From a virus (taxonomy: Duplodnaviria; Caudoviricetes), in the IMG/VR virus record IMGVR_UViG_3300011102_000328, positions 1-48,463 of that record: a stretch of 48,463 bases of DNA. One strand, given 5' to 3'. The position numbers and the translations under genes were made by a program. Below, piece by piece: positions 36,021 through 45,724 of the stretch. Position 1 is the first letter of the stretch. The number at the start of each line of letters is the position of its first letter. The notes beneath the pieces are model-generated. The model made no database searches and was not told the DNA's origin. It saw only the letters and a program-made list of their open reading frames with translations.

Positions 36021-37006
36021 CAGCCACCTCCCTCTTCGAGCTTGATCTCGCTCATGCGCGAGCCCTGGTTGCCGCGCACGTGCACCCACAAGTCGGAGTA
36101 CTCTGCAACGTCGATGTCTGACCAGGGCCCGACGAGCTCAGGCATGCCGTTGCGCAGCACGGTGACGCCGGACGCGCTTACCTCCATCGCAAGGTCGAGC
36201 GTGGTTTTGCTGGGCAGCACCGTGTACGTGAAGAGGGACGCCCCGTGGAAGCTTCCTGAGAGGAACAGCTCCACGCCGTAGCCGTCGTACCAGGTGGCGT
36301 ACAGCCGAATGCGGTCGCTTGCGTCGAAGCTGCGGCTCTCTTGGAGCGACACGATCATCGTCACGTCGGCGGTGCCCTCGCCCAGCTCGACGTCCCAGCT
36401 CAGGCGCAAGCTGGCGGACGGTGCAGTGCGGACCACCGGCGTCACCGCCTCCCTGTAGGACGTGGCGCCCGCGTTGCAGACCAGGTAACCACCTGCCAGC
36501 TCCGCTGCCTCGTAGCCGGTCTCGGATGGCCGCTCCCACGGCGCTCCGACCTCGGGCTGGTGGCCCTCGATGCTGCCGACGCCGGCGAAGGTGTCATGCA
36601 GGAGCACCACCTCGCCACCGCCACCACCCTCGTGCACCATCGGCGCCAAACTGCGGCCGCGCACCTCGAGCTCGGCCGTGACCGACCACCACCCGCCCGG
36701 CCGCCAGCTCCACTGCGGCGCGGTGATGAAGCGGAACACCGGCTGGGCATCGCCGCTCGGCACCGGCCACGGCGCGGCAAACCAACGGCCGCCACGCAGC
36801 AGCGCCGTCTCCCACCACTGCTCGAAGGCCGCGGCCTCGGCGGGCTTGAGCAGCCACTGCGCTGACGTGGTCGCCAGGAAGTCGCGCTGCGCGCTTCTGA
36901 ACTGCGTCGGACCCGGCAGGTCCGAGCGGCGCCTGCGCTCCACAGGCCGGATCGGCAAGGAGGCAGGCGGCGGCAGCACAGCCGGGTAGATCGACGGCGT
37001 ACTCAT
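36020..37006 (-). CDS. Distal tail-like protein with an extra C-terminal lectin-like domain
   Basis: FEQWWE..L..G..WF, W.VTAELEV, then Gly linker and LHDTF. Confidence 0.7.
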   Translation of the reverse strand: MSTPSIYPAVLPPPASLPIRPVERRRRSDLPGPTQFRSAQRDFLATTSAQWLLKPAEAAAFEQWWETALLRGGRWFAAPWPVPSGDAQPVFRFITAPQWSWRPGGWWSVTAELEVRGRSLAPMVHEGGGGGEVVLLHDTFAGVGSIEGHQPEVGAPWERPSETGYEAAELAGGYLVCNAGATSYREAVTPVVRTAPSASLRLSWDVELGEGTADVTMIVSLQESRSFDASDRIRLYATWYDGYGVELFLSGSFHGASLFTYTVLPSKTTLDLAMEVSASGVTVLRNGMPELVGPWSDIDVAEYSDLWVHVRGNQGSRMSEIKLEEGGG

Positions 37007-37623
37007 GCCTCACCCTCAAGCTCGACCAGCACTTCTGCCGCCAGCTGCGGCACCGCGGTGACCCGCCCCCAGAGCGGCACTTCGACCTCCGCAGCCAAGT
37101 CGGAGATCGACACGGTCCCCTCCATGGTCACGTCGACCTCGGCAGCGAGCCAGATCTCGGTCGTCAGCTGCGCGGAACCGCTCAGGCCAACGAGCACCTC
37201 TGCCGCCAGTGTCGACAGCACAGGCGGCTCGATGCTTGGCTCGCCAGTGAGCAGCAGCTCAGCCGAGATCTGCCACACCACGCCGTTGCGCGTGGGCAGC
37301 GGATCGGCCCGGTACGCCTCGGCGAAGCGCGCCTCCCACCACACCTCGCCAAGCGAAGGGCTCCTCACCTTGGCCGCGAAGGCCACCTCGCCCGCGCGCA
37401 GGTCGCGCTCGAACCACTCGTGAAACTGCGCGGCCTGCGAGGGCGTGAGCAGCAGGGACACCGACCGCACGCGCGGGGCCGTGGTGTAGACACGCCGCAG
37501 GCGCGCCTCGCCGGTGCTCATCGGCACGCGCGCGTAGACGGTCTGCGGCTGGTCCTCGTGGCCGGCTGCGAGCCAGGCAGGGAAGTTGCCCGGCAAGGCG
37601 ATCTGTGGCAGTGCCACGGTCAC
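37003..37623 (-). CDS. Distal tail-like protein
   Basis: MSTGEARLRR.YT, FHEWFE, WQISAEL. Confidence 0.7.
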   Translation of the reverse strand: MTVALPQIALPGNFPAWLAAGHEDQPQTVYARVPMSTGEARLRRVYTTAPRVRSVSLLLTPSQAAQFHEWFERDLRAGEVAFAAKVRSPSLGEVWWEARFAEAYRADPLPTRNGVVWQISAELLLTGEPSIEPPVLSTLAAEVLVGLSGSAQLTTEIWLAAEVDVTMEGTVSISDLAAEVEVPLWGRVTAVPQLAAEVLVELEGEA

Positions 37624-40322
37624 CTCCCCATGCGCGGCGCGCCGACAGCGCGGTTGAGGCCATAGGTACCCTTGAGCGCGCGCGCCACCCGGCCGCCGCT
37701 GGCCACGCTCTCGGCCACGATGTCCTCGATGTAGACCCGCAAGGTGTCGCCGTCGAACTCGCGGCGCACCTCTCGCTGCGGCGTGCCCATGTTGACGAAC
37801 TCGATCTTCGGCACGGCACGGCCGCCGCGCTCGTACTCGCGCGCCTCCTCTACGCTGAGCACGCGCTCGCCTCGGCGGGCGATGATCGGCACCTCGTCTC
37901 CCACCAGGCCGCCGTTGTGGTAGCGCGGCGCACCGATGAACACGGCCGGATCGACTGCCCGCGTCATCGGCGGCGTGTCCCCGACCGTGCCGCCGGAGTG
38001 GAAGGCGCCGAAGACGCTGAAGATGGCGTCGCCGATCGACTTGACGCCGCCAGCGAGGAATCGGTCATAGGCCAGGCGCGACATCTCGCTCTGGATGAAG
38101 CCGACCAGGTCGCGCGCACTGACCCGGCCAGTGCGGTTCCATTCGGCGAAGGCCTCGCGGCCGCGATCAATGAAGCCGCTCATGAAGTCGTTGTAGGTCT
38201 TGCGCATCATCGCCGTGGTGTCGCGCCAACCTTCGATCAGCTTCTGCCAGCCTGGCTTGAGCTGCTCGTTGAGCTGTTCGTTGCGCAGGCGCACGTGCTC
38301 GGCGAGCACTTGCTCTGCCTCCTCGCGGGCCTGGCTGCCTTCGGCGAAAACGGCCAGGCGCGCGCGCATGGTCTCTTCCTCGATCTGCAACAGGCGGCGC
38401 CCCCGCTCCCGCTCGTCCTGGATCAGCTCGGCAGTCAGCGTGCGGTTGCGGTTGCGCAGTTCGACCATCAGCGAGGTCGCCGACTCGATGCGCTCCTTGC
38501 GCCGCTGCATCGCCTCCTCACGGACGGCGCGCTCGGACTCCGCAACCGCCCGGTCGAAGTCATCGCTGCCGTCGTCGATCGCGGCGCGACGCGCGTCGAG
38601 CTCCACCAGCTGCTTGCGTAGCGTGACGATGCGCGCCTCGCGCTGCAGCTCCTCGGCGGCCGTGGCGGCCACCTTGCGCCGCTCCAGGGCAATCTCGGCC
38701 TCGACGAGCTTGGCCGCAATGTCGAGCGACTGCCGATCCAGCTGCGCCCTGCGCTGCAGGTAGGCGTCCTTGTCGACAAGCTGCAGCGCGTAGCTGCGCT
38801 CAAGCTGACGGCGCGCCGCTTCGAGGCCGGCTTCACGCACGGCACCCTCGCGCTCGAGGGATGCCTTCTCCAGCGCCAGGCGCGCCTCCGCCGTGGCCCG
38901 CGCCTCCTGCAGGAGCTTGTCACCGCCGCCCTGAGTCTTGATCAGCTTCTCCACCAGCTCCCGGTAGCGCTGCAGCGAGATGTCGCCCGCCTGGTAGGCC
39001 TCGTGCAGCGCCTGCAGGCTCTTCATGTAGGTCTGGTTGACCCCGCTCAGCTGGCTGGTCACCTCGCCGAGTGCCTTGAGGCGGCGCTGCCGTGCCTCCT
39101 CCTCCTGGCGCAGGAAGGTCTCGAGCGACTCGTTGTCCGCCTGGCGCAGGGACGGCGCATTGCGCAGCGTCGCAGCCTGCTTGGCCTGCTCCAGCTTGGC
39201 GATCACGCCCTCGAGATAGCCGATCTGCCCCCGCAGGTAGAAGCCGCCACCACCGCGCTCCTCGAGCTCCGCCTTGAGCTCGGCCAGCTCTTCGCGCGCC
39301 TGCTGCAGCTTGCCGTCGAGCGTCTGCGCGCTGTACGAGAAGGCGTTCATCGGGTTCAGGAAGCGCAGCACGGCGCCGGTACCGGCCGCCAGCTGCCCGA
39401 AGAATCCGTCGCCCTCGTCGCGCGCCGCCTCGATCGACTCGGAGATCCCGTTCATGGCATCCTGCAGGATCTCGAGCTGGCCTGCCATGAAGCTCCCGAC
39501 GCCCGAGCGCGAGACGTTCTGCAGGAGACGCTCCCATGCCGAGTGCACGCGGTTGATCGAGGCCTCGGCACGCTGCCCCGCCCGTTCGGAGGCCTCGCCC
39601 AGCTCCATCTCCAGCTGACGGGCAAAGCGCGGCAGGAAGTCCGCGGCGATCACCTGACCTTGCTCGAGCATCTTGCTCAACTCGGCAGTCGTCACACCCA
39701 TCGCGCGCGCTGCAATCTGAAATGCGCCCGGCAGGCGTTCCCCGAGCTGGCCACGCAACTCTTCGGCCTGCACGGTGCCCTTGCTGATCATCTGAGTGAG
39801 CGCGAGGAACACACCTTGCGTCTCGTCGGCCGACAGCCCCATCACGGCCGCGGCCTTGGCGATAGATTCGAAGACTTGCCGAGCCCCTTGCCCCTCCAGC
39901 GTGGTCTCACGCGCACCGGCCGCGAAGCGAGCGTAGGCTCGTGCGGCGGTGTCGAACTGCAGTCCGAGGCGCGACGTCGTGTCGCGCAGGAAGTTGATGT
40001 CGCGAGCCAGGCGCTGCTGGCCCACCGAGAAGCTCAGGGTGGTCAGCAGCCGCTCCGCGCGGACCTGCGGCTGCAGCAGCGCATCCCCGAGGGCCTGCAT
40101 GCGGCCGATCAGGTAGTTCACGGCCAAAGCGCTCGCGCCGCTCGAGCCCAGATTGAGCAGCGTGCGCGACAGCTTGGCCGTCCCGGCGTCGGCGCGTCCG
40201 GACTCCTCGGTCAGCTTCTTGGCACCCACCGCGATCCTGTCGAGCGCCTCGGCCGAGCGCCTGGCGGCCTCGTCGAAGCCCTTGCTGTCCGCGGTGATGT
40301 CGACGACCAGACGACGCGTCAC
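37620..40322 (-). CDS. Tape measure protein
   Basis: QMISKGTVQAEELRGQLGERLPGA tape-measure domain; long helical body. Confidence 0.95.
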   Translation of the reverse strand: MTRRLVVDITADSKGFDEAARRSAEALDRIAVGAKKLTEESGRADAGTAKLSRTLLNLGSSGASALAVNYLIGRMQALGDALLQPQVRAERLLTTLSFSVGQQRLARDINFLRDTTSRLGLQFDTAARAYARFAAGARETTLEGQGARQVFESIAKAAAVMGLSADETQGVFLALTQMISKGTVQAEELRGQLGERLPGAFQIAARAMGVTTAELSKMLEQGQVIAADFLPRFARQLEMELGEASERAGQRAEASINRVHSAWERLLQNVSRSGVGSFMAGQLEILQDAMNGISESIEAARDEGDGFFGQLAAGTGAVLRFLNPMNAFSYSAQTLDGKLQQAREELAELKAELEERGGGGFYLRGQIGYLEGVIAKLEQAKQAATLRNAPSLRQADNESLETFLRQEEEARQRRLKALGEVTSQLSGVNQTYMKSLQALHEAYQAGDISLQRYRELVEKLIKTQGGGDKLLQEARATAEARLALEKASLEREGAVREAGLEAARRQLERSYALQLVDKDAYLQRRAQLDRQSLDIAAKLVEAEIALERRKVAATAAEELQREARIVTLRKQLVELDARRAAIDDGSDDFDRAVAESERAVREEAMQRRKERIESATSLMVELRNRNRTLTAELIQDERERGRRLLQIEEETMRARLAVFAEGSQAREEAEQVLAEHVRLRNEQLNEQLKPGWQKLIEGWRDTTAMMRKTYNDFMSGFIDRGREAFAEWNRTGRVSARDLVGFIQSEMSRLAYDRFLAGGVKSIGDAIFSVFGAFHSGGTVGDTPPMTRAVDPAVFIGAPRYHNGGLVGDEVPIIARRGERVLSVEEAREYERGGRAVPKIEFVNMGTPQREVRREFDGDTLRVYIEDIVAESVASGGRVARALKGTYGLNRAVGAPRMGR

Positions 40323-40334
40323 GGCTCCACCCCT

Positions 40335-40721
40335 TCACTCATTCATGACCTCGCGCGCAGCGAGCTCCATCGCCTTGAGCTGCGGCAGCAGCACGTGCAG
40401 CGGCTGCCGGTGCGGCACATGGCGGCATGCCGCGATCACCACAGGCAGCGCCGAGTAGTCCAGGCCCTCGAACAGCAGGCGCGGCTCTCCCTGCCTGAGG
40501 GTGATCTGCGTGCGCCACTGCGTCTCCATCAGGTTGAACACCTGGACCGCGTACCAGTTCTCCGGCCACACCTCCAACACCTCGACCTTGTGCCGCGCCT
40601 CGAGCACCTTGCGGGCGAAGTCGAGCTGCTGCGGCGTGGCTCCGAAGGCCTTCAGCGCCTGCAGCGGAGTCTCGTCGAACTCCGGGCCGCCACGCGCCCA
40701 TGTCGTGGCGGCCTCGATCAG
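40335..40721 (-). CDS. Tail assembly chaperone T segment (DUF1799-like), reached by -1 frameshift
   Basis: VWPENW.AV.VF..M.TQWR...GLDY; frame open up to the slippery site. Confidence 0.8.
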   Translation of the reverse strand: MIEAATTWARGGPEFDETPLQALKAFGATPQQLDFARKVLEARHKVEVLEVWPENWYAVQVFNLMETQWRTQITLRQGEPRLLFEGLDYSALPVVIAACRHVPHRQPLHVLLPQLKAMELAAREVMNE

Positions 40722-41059
40722 TTTTTTTGCCGTGCCTTTCCGAGGCTGTCGAAGAAGGCCATGACCACCGCAGTGGGCAGGCCCTGCACACGCAGCAGGG
40801 CGTGCTTTGCAGCCGCGGTAACCGGGAGGTCAGAGCCGTCCGGCGCCTGCACACCGCGCCAGCCTTCGAGGATCCGTTCGGCCACCTGCAGATCGCTGAG
40901 GCCCTTCTCCCGGATGTCCTTGACCAGCGCCTCGAGCTCGGTTTCGCCCATCCGCTTGAAGCGAGCCTCGAAGGTGTGTTCCTCGTGCACGCCACCATCG
41001 GTCGGGAGCTGGAAGGTGACCGGCCAGAAGTAGGACGGTGAAAGTGCGAGCTTGAACAT
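40718..41059 (-). CDS. Tail assembly chaperone G
   Basis: MFKL...F.ARFKR...GW; ends CAA AAA AAC TGA. Confidence 0.85.
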   Translation of the reverse strand: MFKLALSPSYFWPVTFQLPTDGGVHEEHTFEARFKRMGETELEALVKDIREKGLSDLQVAERILEGWRGVQAPDGSDLPVTAAAKHALLRVQGLPTAVVMAFFDSLGKARQKN

Positions 41060-41063
41060 TGCT

Positions 41064-42032
41064 TCAGAAGGAAGTGACGATGCGCAGCTCGTCGTTGCCG
41101 CTGTTGGGGACAAAGCGCAGGTCGAAGCCGATCAGGCGGCGACCGTTGAGCTCCTGCTTGCTCGGGTTGATGCGCTGGACGCCGGGCGCGTGGATCATCA
41201 CGCGACGGCCAGGCACGGTGCCGTGGATCCACGACAGCGCGGTCAGCGTCGCCGCCTTGACCGCCGCCATCGCGGTCACCTCGTCCGAAGCCGACAGGTC
41301 CAGGCGAATGTTGCCAGTCACCTGGCGGTTGGTGATGTCGACCGACTCCAGGCCAAGCAGCGGTGTGAACTGCAGGTCGTTGCCGCAGTTGATCACGATG
41401 CCGCCGGAGGCGACGGTCGCACCGCCCGTGATCGCCGGCTCGCCGGTCGTGTTGATCGTGCCGCCGATGTTGATATCGCCGCTGTTCGCGTCCGTCACCA
41501 CCTGCGGCGTCATCCAGGCGCTCAGGTCCAGCGTCGGTGCGGTCGCAGCCGTGTCGCCACCATCGCAGCCGATGAAGCGGAAGCTCAGCACCGGCCGGTT
41601 GCCGACCTCGCCATTGAGTGTGAAGTCACCGCGCGCGCCCAGCAGCTTGTGCAGGACGCCGTCGTCGTAGTAGTACAGGGTCACAGACTTCGCGTCATCC
41701 GTGGTCGGCGTGTAGTCGACGCGCGTGTCCGTCTCGACCGTTTCCTCGTAGCCGCAGGCCTGCAGCAGCGGGCCCCAGGCTGGCGGCTGGCCGGGCGTGC
41801 CGCTGCCGACCAGCTCGATGTCGAAGGTGATCTCCTTGAACGCGGTGCCCACCAGCTGCTCGCTCGCGCCGAAGTACGGACGCACGATGTCGCGGTCGAC
41901 GTTGTTCGCGTTGAGCGGGTTGATGGTCTGGTTGCTGATCAGCAGCGCGTTCGCGCCCGTCGGCGTGGCGTCCGTCTTGTAGGTCGCCTCCAGGGCAGCG
42001 AGGATAGCGGTCTTGCGAGTATAGCGGGCCAT
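41064..42032 (-). CDS. Major tail tube protein
   Basis: GSGTPG.PPAWGPLLQACG; C-terminal GNDELRI. Confidence 0.9.
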   Translation of the reverse strand: MARYTRKTAILAALEATYKTDATPTGANALLISNQTINPLNANNVDRDIVRPYFGASEQLVGTAFKEITFDIELVGSGTPGQPPAWGPLLQACGYEETVETDTRVDYTPTTDDAKSVTLYYYDDGVLHKLLGARGDFTLNGEVGNRPVLSFRFIGCDGGDTAATAPTLDLSAWMTPQVVTDANSGDINIGGTINTTGEPAITGGATVASGGIVINCGNDLQFTPLLGLESVDITNRQVTGNIRLDLSASDEVTAMAAVKAATLTALSWIHGTVPGRRVMIHAPGVQRINPSKQELNGRRLIGFDLRFVPNSGNDELRIVTSF

Positions 42033-42034
42033 GT

Positions 42035-42487
42035 TCAGGCTCCTTGCAGGGTGCGTGCAGTGGTGCGATGGCGCACCGGGAAGATGGCGATCGTGCAGCC
42101 GGCGCGCCGTTCGCCGTCATCGGTGTCCCAGGCGAGCGTCGGATCCTCGACGTTGTCGACCAGGCCGCCGAGCGTCGGGTCGGCCATCAGCCGCTCGTAG
42201 ACCTGTGCGAACAGCCGGTCAGAGGCTTCGTCCGGCGACTCCTCGCCGTCGGCGCGGGCGTAGCACTCGATCGCGATGTTGGTGATCCAGTCGACCGGAT
42301 GGCCTTCGATGGTGGCCCGGTCCTGAGGCGTGGATCCGTCCTTTCGGACGACGATGGTGTACTTGACCTCCCGGGCGACAGCGCGAGCCAGGAATCGGTG
42401 CACGCCGCCGTCGGCCAGAGCCGGCTCGGCGCGCAGGATCTCCACGATCCTCGACACGACTCGGCTGTGCGCGATCTCGCCCGTCAT
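42035..42487 (-). CDS. Tail terminator
   Basis: LMADPTLGGLV; gene position. Confidence 0.75.
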   Translation of the reverse strand: MTGEIAHSRVVSRIVEILRAEPALADGGVHRFLARAVAREVKYTIVVRKDGSTPQDRATIEGHPVDWITNIAIECYARADGEESPDEASDRLFAQVYERLMADPTLGGLVDNVEDPTLAWDTDDGERRAGCTIAIFPVRHRTTARTLQGA

Positions 42488-42810
42488 GGCAGCTCCAGGT
42501 CCAGTTCGGTCTGCCCGAGCTCGAGCAGATCGACGCGGCCTTGCGGAGCGACGCGGAAGGCAATCGCGCGGCCATGTACCCGCACCTCCACCGGCGTGCC
42601 GCCATCCACGCCCGGGGGCAGGTCGGCGGTGACGCAGGTGAAGCTCGGGCGGCTGGTGCGCATGCCGGCGTCTCCGAGCGTCGCCACGTCCAGCCCTTCG
42701 TCGAAGACACCGTCGATAACGGTGCCCTCGATCGACGCACGAGCGTTGGCCAGCTGTCGGATCGACATCTGGCCAAGCTGCGCTTCAAGGGCTGCGAAGA
42801 GCATCGCCAT
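42484..42810 (-). CDS. Head-tail joining protein
   Basis: IDGVFD...P.F; gene position. Confidence 0.7.
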   Translation of the reverse strand: MAMLFAALEAQLGQMSIRQLANARASIEGTVIDGVFDEGLDVATLGDAGMRTSRPSFTCVTADLPPGVDGGTPVEVRVHGRAIAFRVAPQGRVDLLELGQTELDLELP

Positions 42811-42811
42811 G

Positions 42812-43144
42812 TCAGGCGTTGATCTTGATCTCCACCGTCGTGACGCCACTGCCGGCGGCCTTGAAGGCGTAGCCGGCCAGCGTGTTGTCGGTGGACGTCG
42901 TGGTCAGGCGCTTGTTGGTGTCATCCCAGTACAGGAGGTCACCTTGCCCGACCACGTCCGTGCCGAGCTTGGCGATGGTCCACACGCCGGTCACCGCCAC
43001 GGACCCGGACTTGCCATCCGGGATGTCGACCAGCACCACGCCGATGCGCGAGCCGATCTTCAGGACAGTGCCTGACGAGATGATGGCACCGGACGCATTG
43101 GTGTACTCCATCACGTCGCCCGGCTGTACATAGGTCTTGGCCAT
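42812..43144 (-). CDS. DUF2190 family capsid cement/decoration protein
   Basis: MAKTYVQPG...GVW..AK...G..LYWD. Confidence 0.85.
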   Translation of the reverse strand: MAKTYVQPGDVMEYTNASGAIISSGTVLKIGSRIGVVLVDIPDGKSGSVAVTGVWTIAKLGTDVVGQGDLLYWDDTNKRLTTTSTDNTLAGYAFKAAGSGVTTVEIKINA

Positions 43145-43217
43145 GTTGCTTCCTTCAGTTGGCGCGGCCGGCTGGCCGCGCTAGGTTTCGTTCGATGCTG
43201 CTGTGGTCCGACGGCAA

Positions 43218-45314
43218 TCAGGCGCCGGCGTTGCGCACCGCCCCACGGTGGTCGATGCCGCAGACGCCGTAGTCCAGACGCACCTTCCAGCGCGCGCCGT
43301 CGACGGTGAAGCCGTCCTGCAGCTCCAGGTACGGCTCGTCGTTGCCGTCAAGGAATGCCACCTCCAGGACCGGCGCGACATCAGGATCCGCGAAGGCGTA
43401 CCAGGCCGTGCCCGTGAGGCGCGGGGTGTCGACAATGTCGCTGAACAGGCCGCGCACCATGTTCGGCCGCTGCAGCTTGTTGGCGGTGTCCGGGTCGTAC
43501 TGCGAGTCGTTGACCACGCGGGCGGTGCCGCCTAGGCCCAGCGGTCCGAGCCACACAGCCGGACGGATGTCCAGGAAGTCGTTGTTGCTGACGTCCTTCT
43601 GCGAGGCCATCGTGACGCGCGCATCGTCGAAGGTCGTCACCGACGGCGCACCGGCCGAGCCGATGTTGCCGTGGTCGGTGTGGAACAGGGTCTTTCCGTC
43701 CGAGAGGATCGGACCCAAGCCGCTGTTCGAGGTCAGCGTGGCGTACACATCCGCCTCGACGGTGCGCCGCGCCGCGCGGCCCAGGGCCGTCGCCAGGCCG
43801 ACGAAAGCATCGAGGTCGTCGTTGATGATCGCCTCGCGGCTGATGTTGATGATGTTGCCCTTGGTGCTGATCTGCACCGAGGCCTTCTCGCCGTCCGGAA
43901 TCGTCTTGTTCCGGAACTCGCCCAGCTCGGTCTTCGGGTCCAGGTTGCCGAAGCTACCCAGGCGGTAGCGGTTGTGCGCGCGGAAGTCGGAGACCGAGCC
44001 GCGCTTGCAGAAGCGCGACCAGGTGTCGGCTTGGACGGCATAGGCGGCCTGCAGCGCCTTGTGCATCGTGTTCTCGAGCAGGATCGGGAAGTCGCTCGAG
44101 CTCTGCGTGAACGCCAGGGCGACGATGCGCATCGGCTCGAGGCCACGGGTGTCGACGCCGACGCGCTCCAGGCTGGCACGCGCCACGTCGATCAGCCGCA
44201 TGCCGCGGTACGGGTTCTGGCCATCGGCGCGCACGCGCTGGCCCTTGCGGTCCACCGCGCCGGCGCGCGCCAGGAGTGCCATCACCGCGGCGTTGCGGCG
44301 CTTGTCGGCCTCGTCCTCGAGCGTGACGACGTAGCTGCCGGCCACCGGCTCCGCGCCCTTGGCCAGCGCAGCCAGGATCTTCCGGTTTGCCTCCGCGACC
44401 GTGCACTGCACGTCGCTCTCGCACTGCGCGAGCAGCTCAGCCATGCCCTCGCGACCAGCGAACGGCTGGAACGCGGCGCGGATGTCGGCGATGCGTTGAC
44501 GCTCGGCGGCAGCGCCTTCGGCTTTCGCCTGCTCGATGGCCTGGGCGTCCGGTTCGAGCGCCGCCTTGTCCTTGGGGTTGTCGACTTTGCCAGTCATGGA
44601 GATCTCCGTGGGTTGCGCGGCGGCTGCCGCAGGGGTACGCCGCGCCTGCGCGAACGCGGCAGGCACGTCACGAAAGCGGGTCAGGTCGAGGGCGGCCATC
44701 ACGTCCTGGGGACTGCTGCTGATCACCTCGTCGATGAAGCCGGCCTCCTTGGCCTCGGCGGCCGTGTACCAGTGGTCCCTGCCGTCGGTGAGCAGCCGCA
44801 GCATCTCGTCCTCGGGCTTGCCGGTCTTGGCCGCGTAGCTGGCGGCCATGGCGCGCGCCCAGGTGTCCAGGATGTCGGCCACCTCGCGCAGCTCCGCCGC
44901 ATTGCCGGCCGTGTAGGTCCACGGCGCGTGCACCATGTAGCCGGCGTTGTCGGCCATCTCGACGCGATCACCGCCGAGGGCGACCAGGCTTGCGATTGAG
45001 AGGGCCCAGCCTTCGATCACCGTCGTGATGTGCGCCTTGTGGCGCTTCATCGCGTTGTGAATCGCGATGCCATCGGGGACCGAGCCTCCGATCGAGTTGA
45101 TCCGCACGATGATCTGCTGGACGTCGAGCGCGTTGAGCTCGCGCACGAAGTCACTCGCGCTGACGGACTCGCGCAGCCAGCTGTCGCCGATCTCACCGTA
45201 GATCAGGATCTCGGCAGAGCTCGCCGCGGCGAGCGGCGCGCCGGTCGCAGCTGCCAGCGCGGCGGCGGCGATGGCGGTGTGCTGTCGGATGCTGTACCAC
45301 TTGGACTTGGCCAT
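43218..45314 (-). CDS. ClpP-type head protease fused to major capsid protein
   Basis: INSIGGSV, ALSIAS, MVHAPW, W.TA.EA...GF.D; SSDFP.LL, ISREAIINDDL, RLDYG. Confidence 0.93.
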   Translation of the reverse strand: MAKSKWYSIRQHTAIAAAALAAATGAPLAAASSAEILIYGEIGDSWLRESVSASDFVRELNALDVQQIIVRINSIGGSVPDGIAIHNAMKRHKAHITTVIEGWALSIASLVALGGDRVEMADNAGYMVHAPWTYTAGNAAELREVADILDTWARAMAASYAAKTGKPEDEMLRLLTDGRDHWYTAAEAKEAGFIDEVISSSPQDVMAALDLTRFRDVPAAFAQARRTPAAAAAQPTEISMTGKVDNPKDKAALEPDAQAIEQAKAEGAAAERQRIADIRAAFQPFAGREGMAELLAQCESDVQCTVAEANRKILAALAKGAEPVAGSYVVTLEDEADKRRNAAVMALLARAGAVDRKGQRVRADGQNPYRGMRLIDVARASLERVGVDTRGLEPMRIVALAFTQSSSDFPILLENTMHKALQAAYAVQADTWSRFCKRGSVSDFRAHNRYRLGSFGNLDPKTELGEFRNKTIPDGEKASVQISTKGNIINISREAIINDDLDAFVGLATALGRAARRTVEADVYATLTSNSGLGPILSDGKTLFHTDHGNIGSAGAPSVTTFDDARVTMASQKDVSNNDFLDIRPAVWLGPLGLGGTARVVNDSQYDPDTANKLQRPNMVRGLFSDIVDTPRLTGTAWYAFADPDVAPVLEVAFLDGNDEPYLELQDGFTVDGARWKVRLDYGVCGIDHRGAVRNAGA

Positions 45315-45377
45315 GACGTCTCCCGCTCAGCTGCGGGACCTGTTCGACATGGCCGCCAGTTTTCGTTGTCGGCATTC

Positions 45378-45402
45378 CCATTTCTAGGCAAAAGCGGGAA
45401 AA
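45378..45402 (-). promoter_or_regulatory. Putative Mor/C-activated late promoter, copy 1
   Basis: TTTTCCCGCTTTTGCCTAGAAATGG(GAA) with a TTCCC/GGGAA dyad, right after the mor-like gene. Confidence 0.65.
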
Positions 45403-45403
45403 C

Positions 45404-45724
45404 TTATGACCCGCTGTGCCTGGTCGGGTGCCGCCGCACGATGCGATAGACGGTCGACTTGCTCAGGCCGTACTTCTTGCAGACGTCTGCTAGGTTGGTC
45501 CCATTGAACTCCTGGCGCACCGCTGCATCGCGCGCAGCGAGATCCTGCGGCCTCTTCGGGATGTAGATGCGCTGGCCACCAAGGCGCATGCGCAGGGCGT
45601 CGACGAACATGTGTGCGAACATGTCCGCCCATGGATCCTTGAGGCCCATGTGCTCGCGCACCATGGACGAGATCTCGCTCACCAGGCTCTCGGCGGCGGC
45701 CTGCTCGTGTTTCGGCTGCTCCAT
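45404..45724 (-). CDS. Mor/C-family transcription activator
   Basis: LGGQRIYIPK...RDAAVRQEFNGTN...CKKYGLSKSTVYRIV. Confidence 0.9.
   Translation of the reverse strand: MEQPKHEQAAAESLVSEISSMVREHMGLKDPWADMFAHMFVDALRMRLGGQRIYIPKRPQDLAARDAAVRQEFNGTNLADVCKKYGLSKSTVYRIVRRHPTRHSGS

Noticed and set aside
28121-44999. Long plus-strand ORFs (e.g. 28121-29830, 33224-35644, 39003-41033, 43671-44999)
   Set aside because: Antisense shadows of high-GC structural genes, with no recognisable motifs
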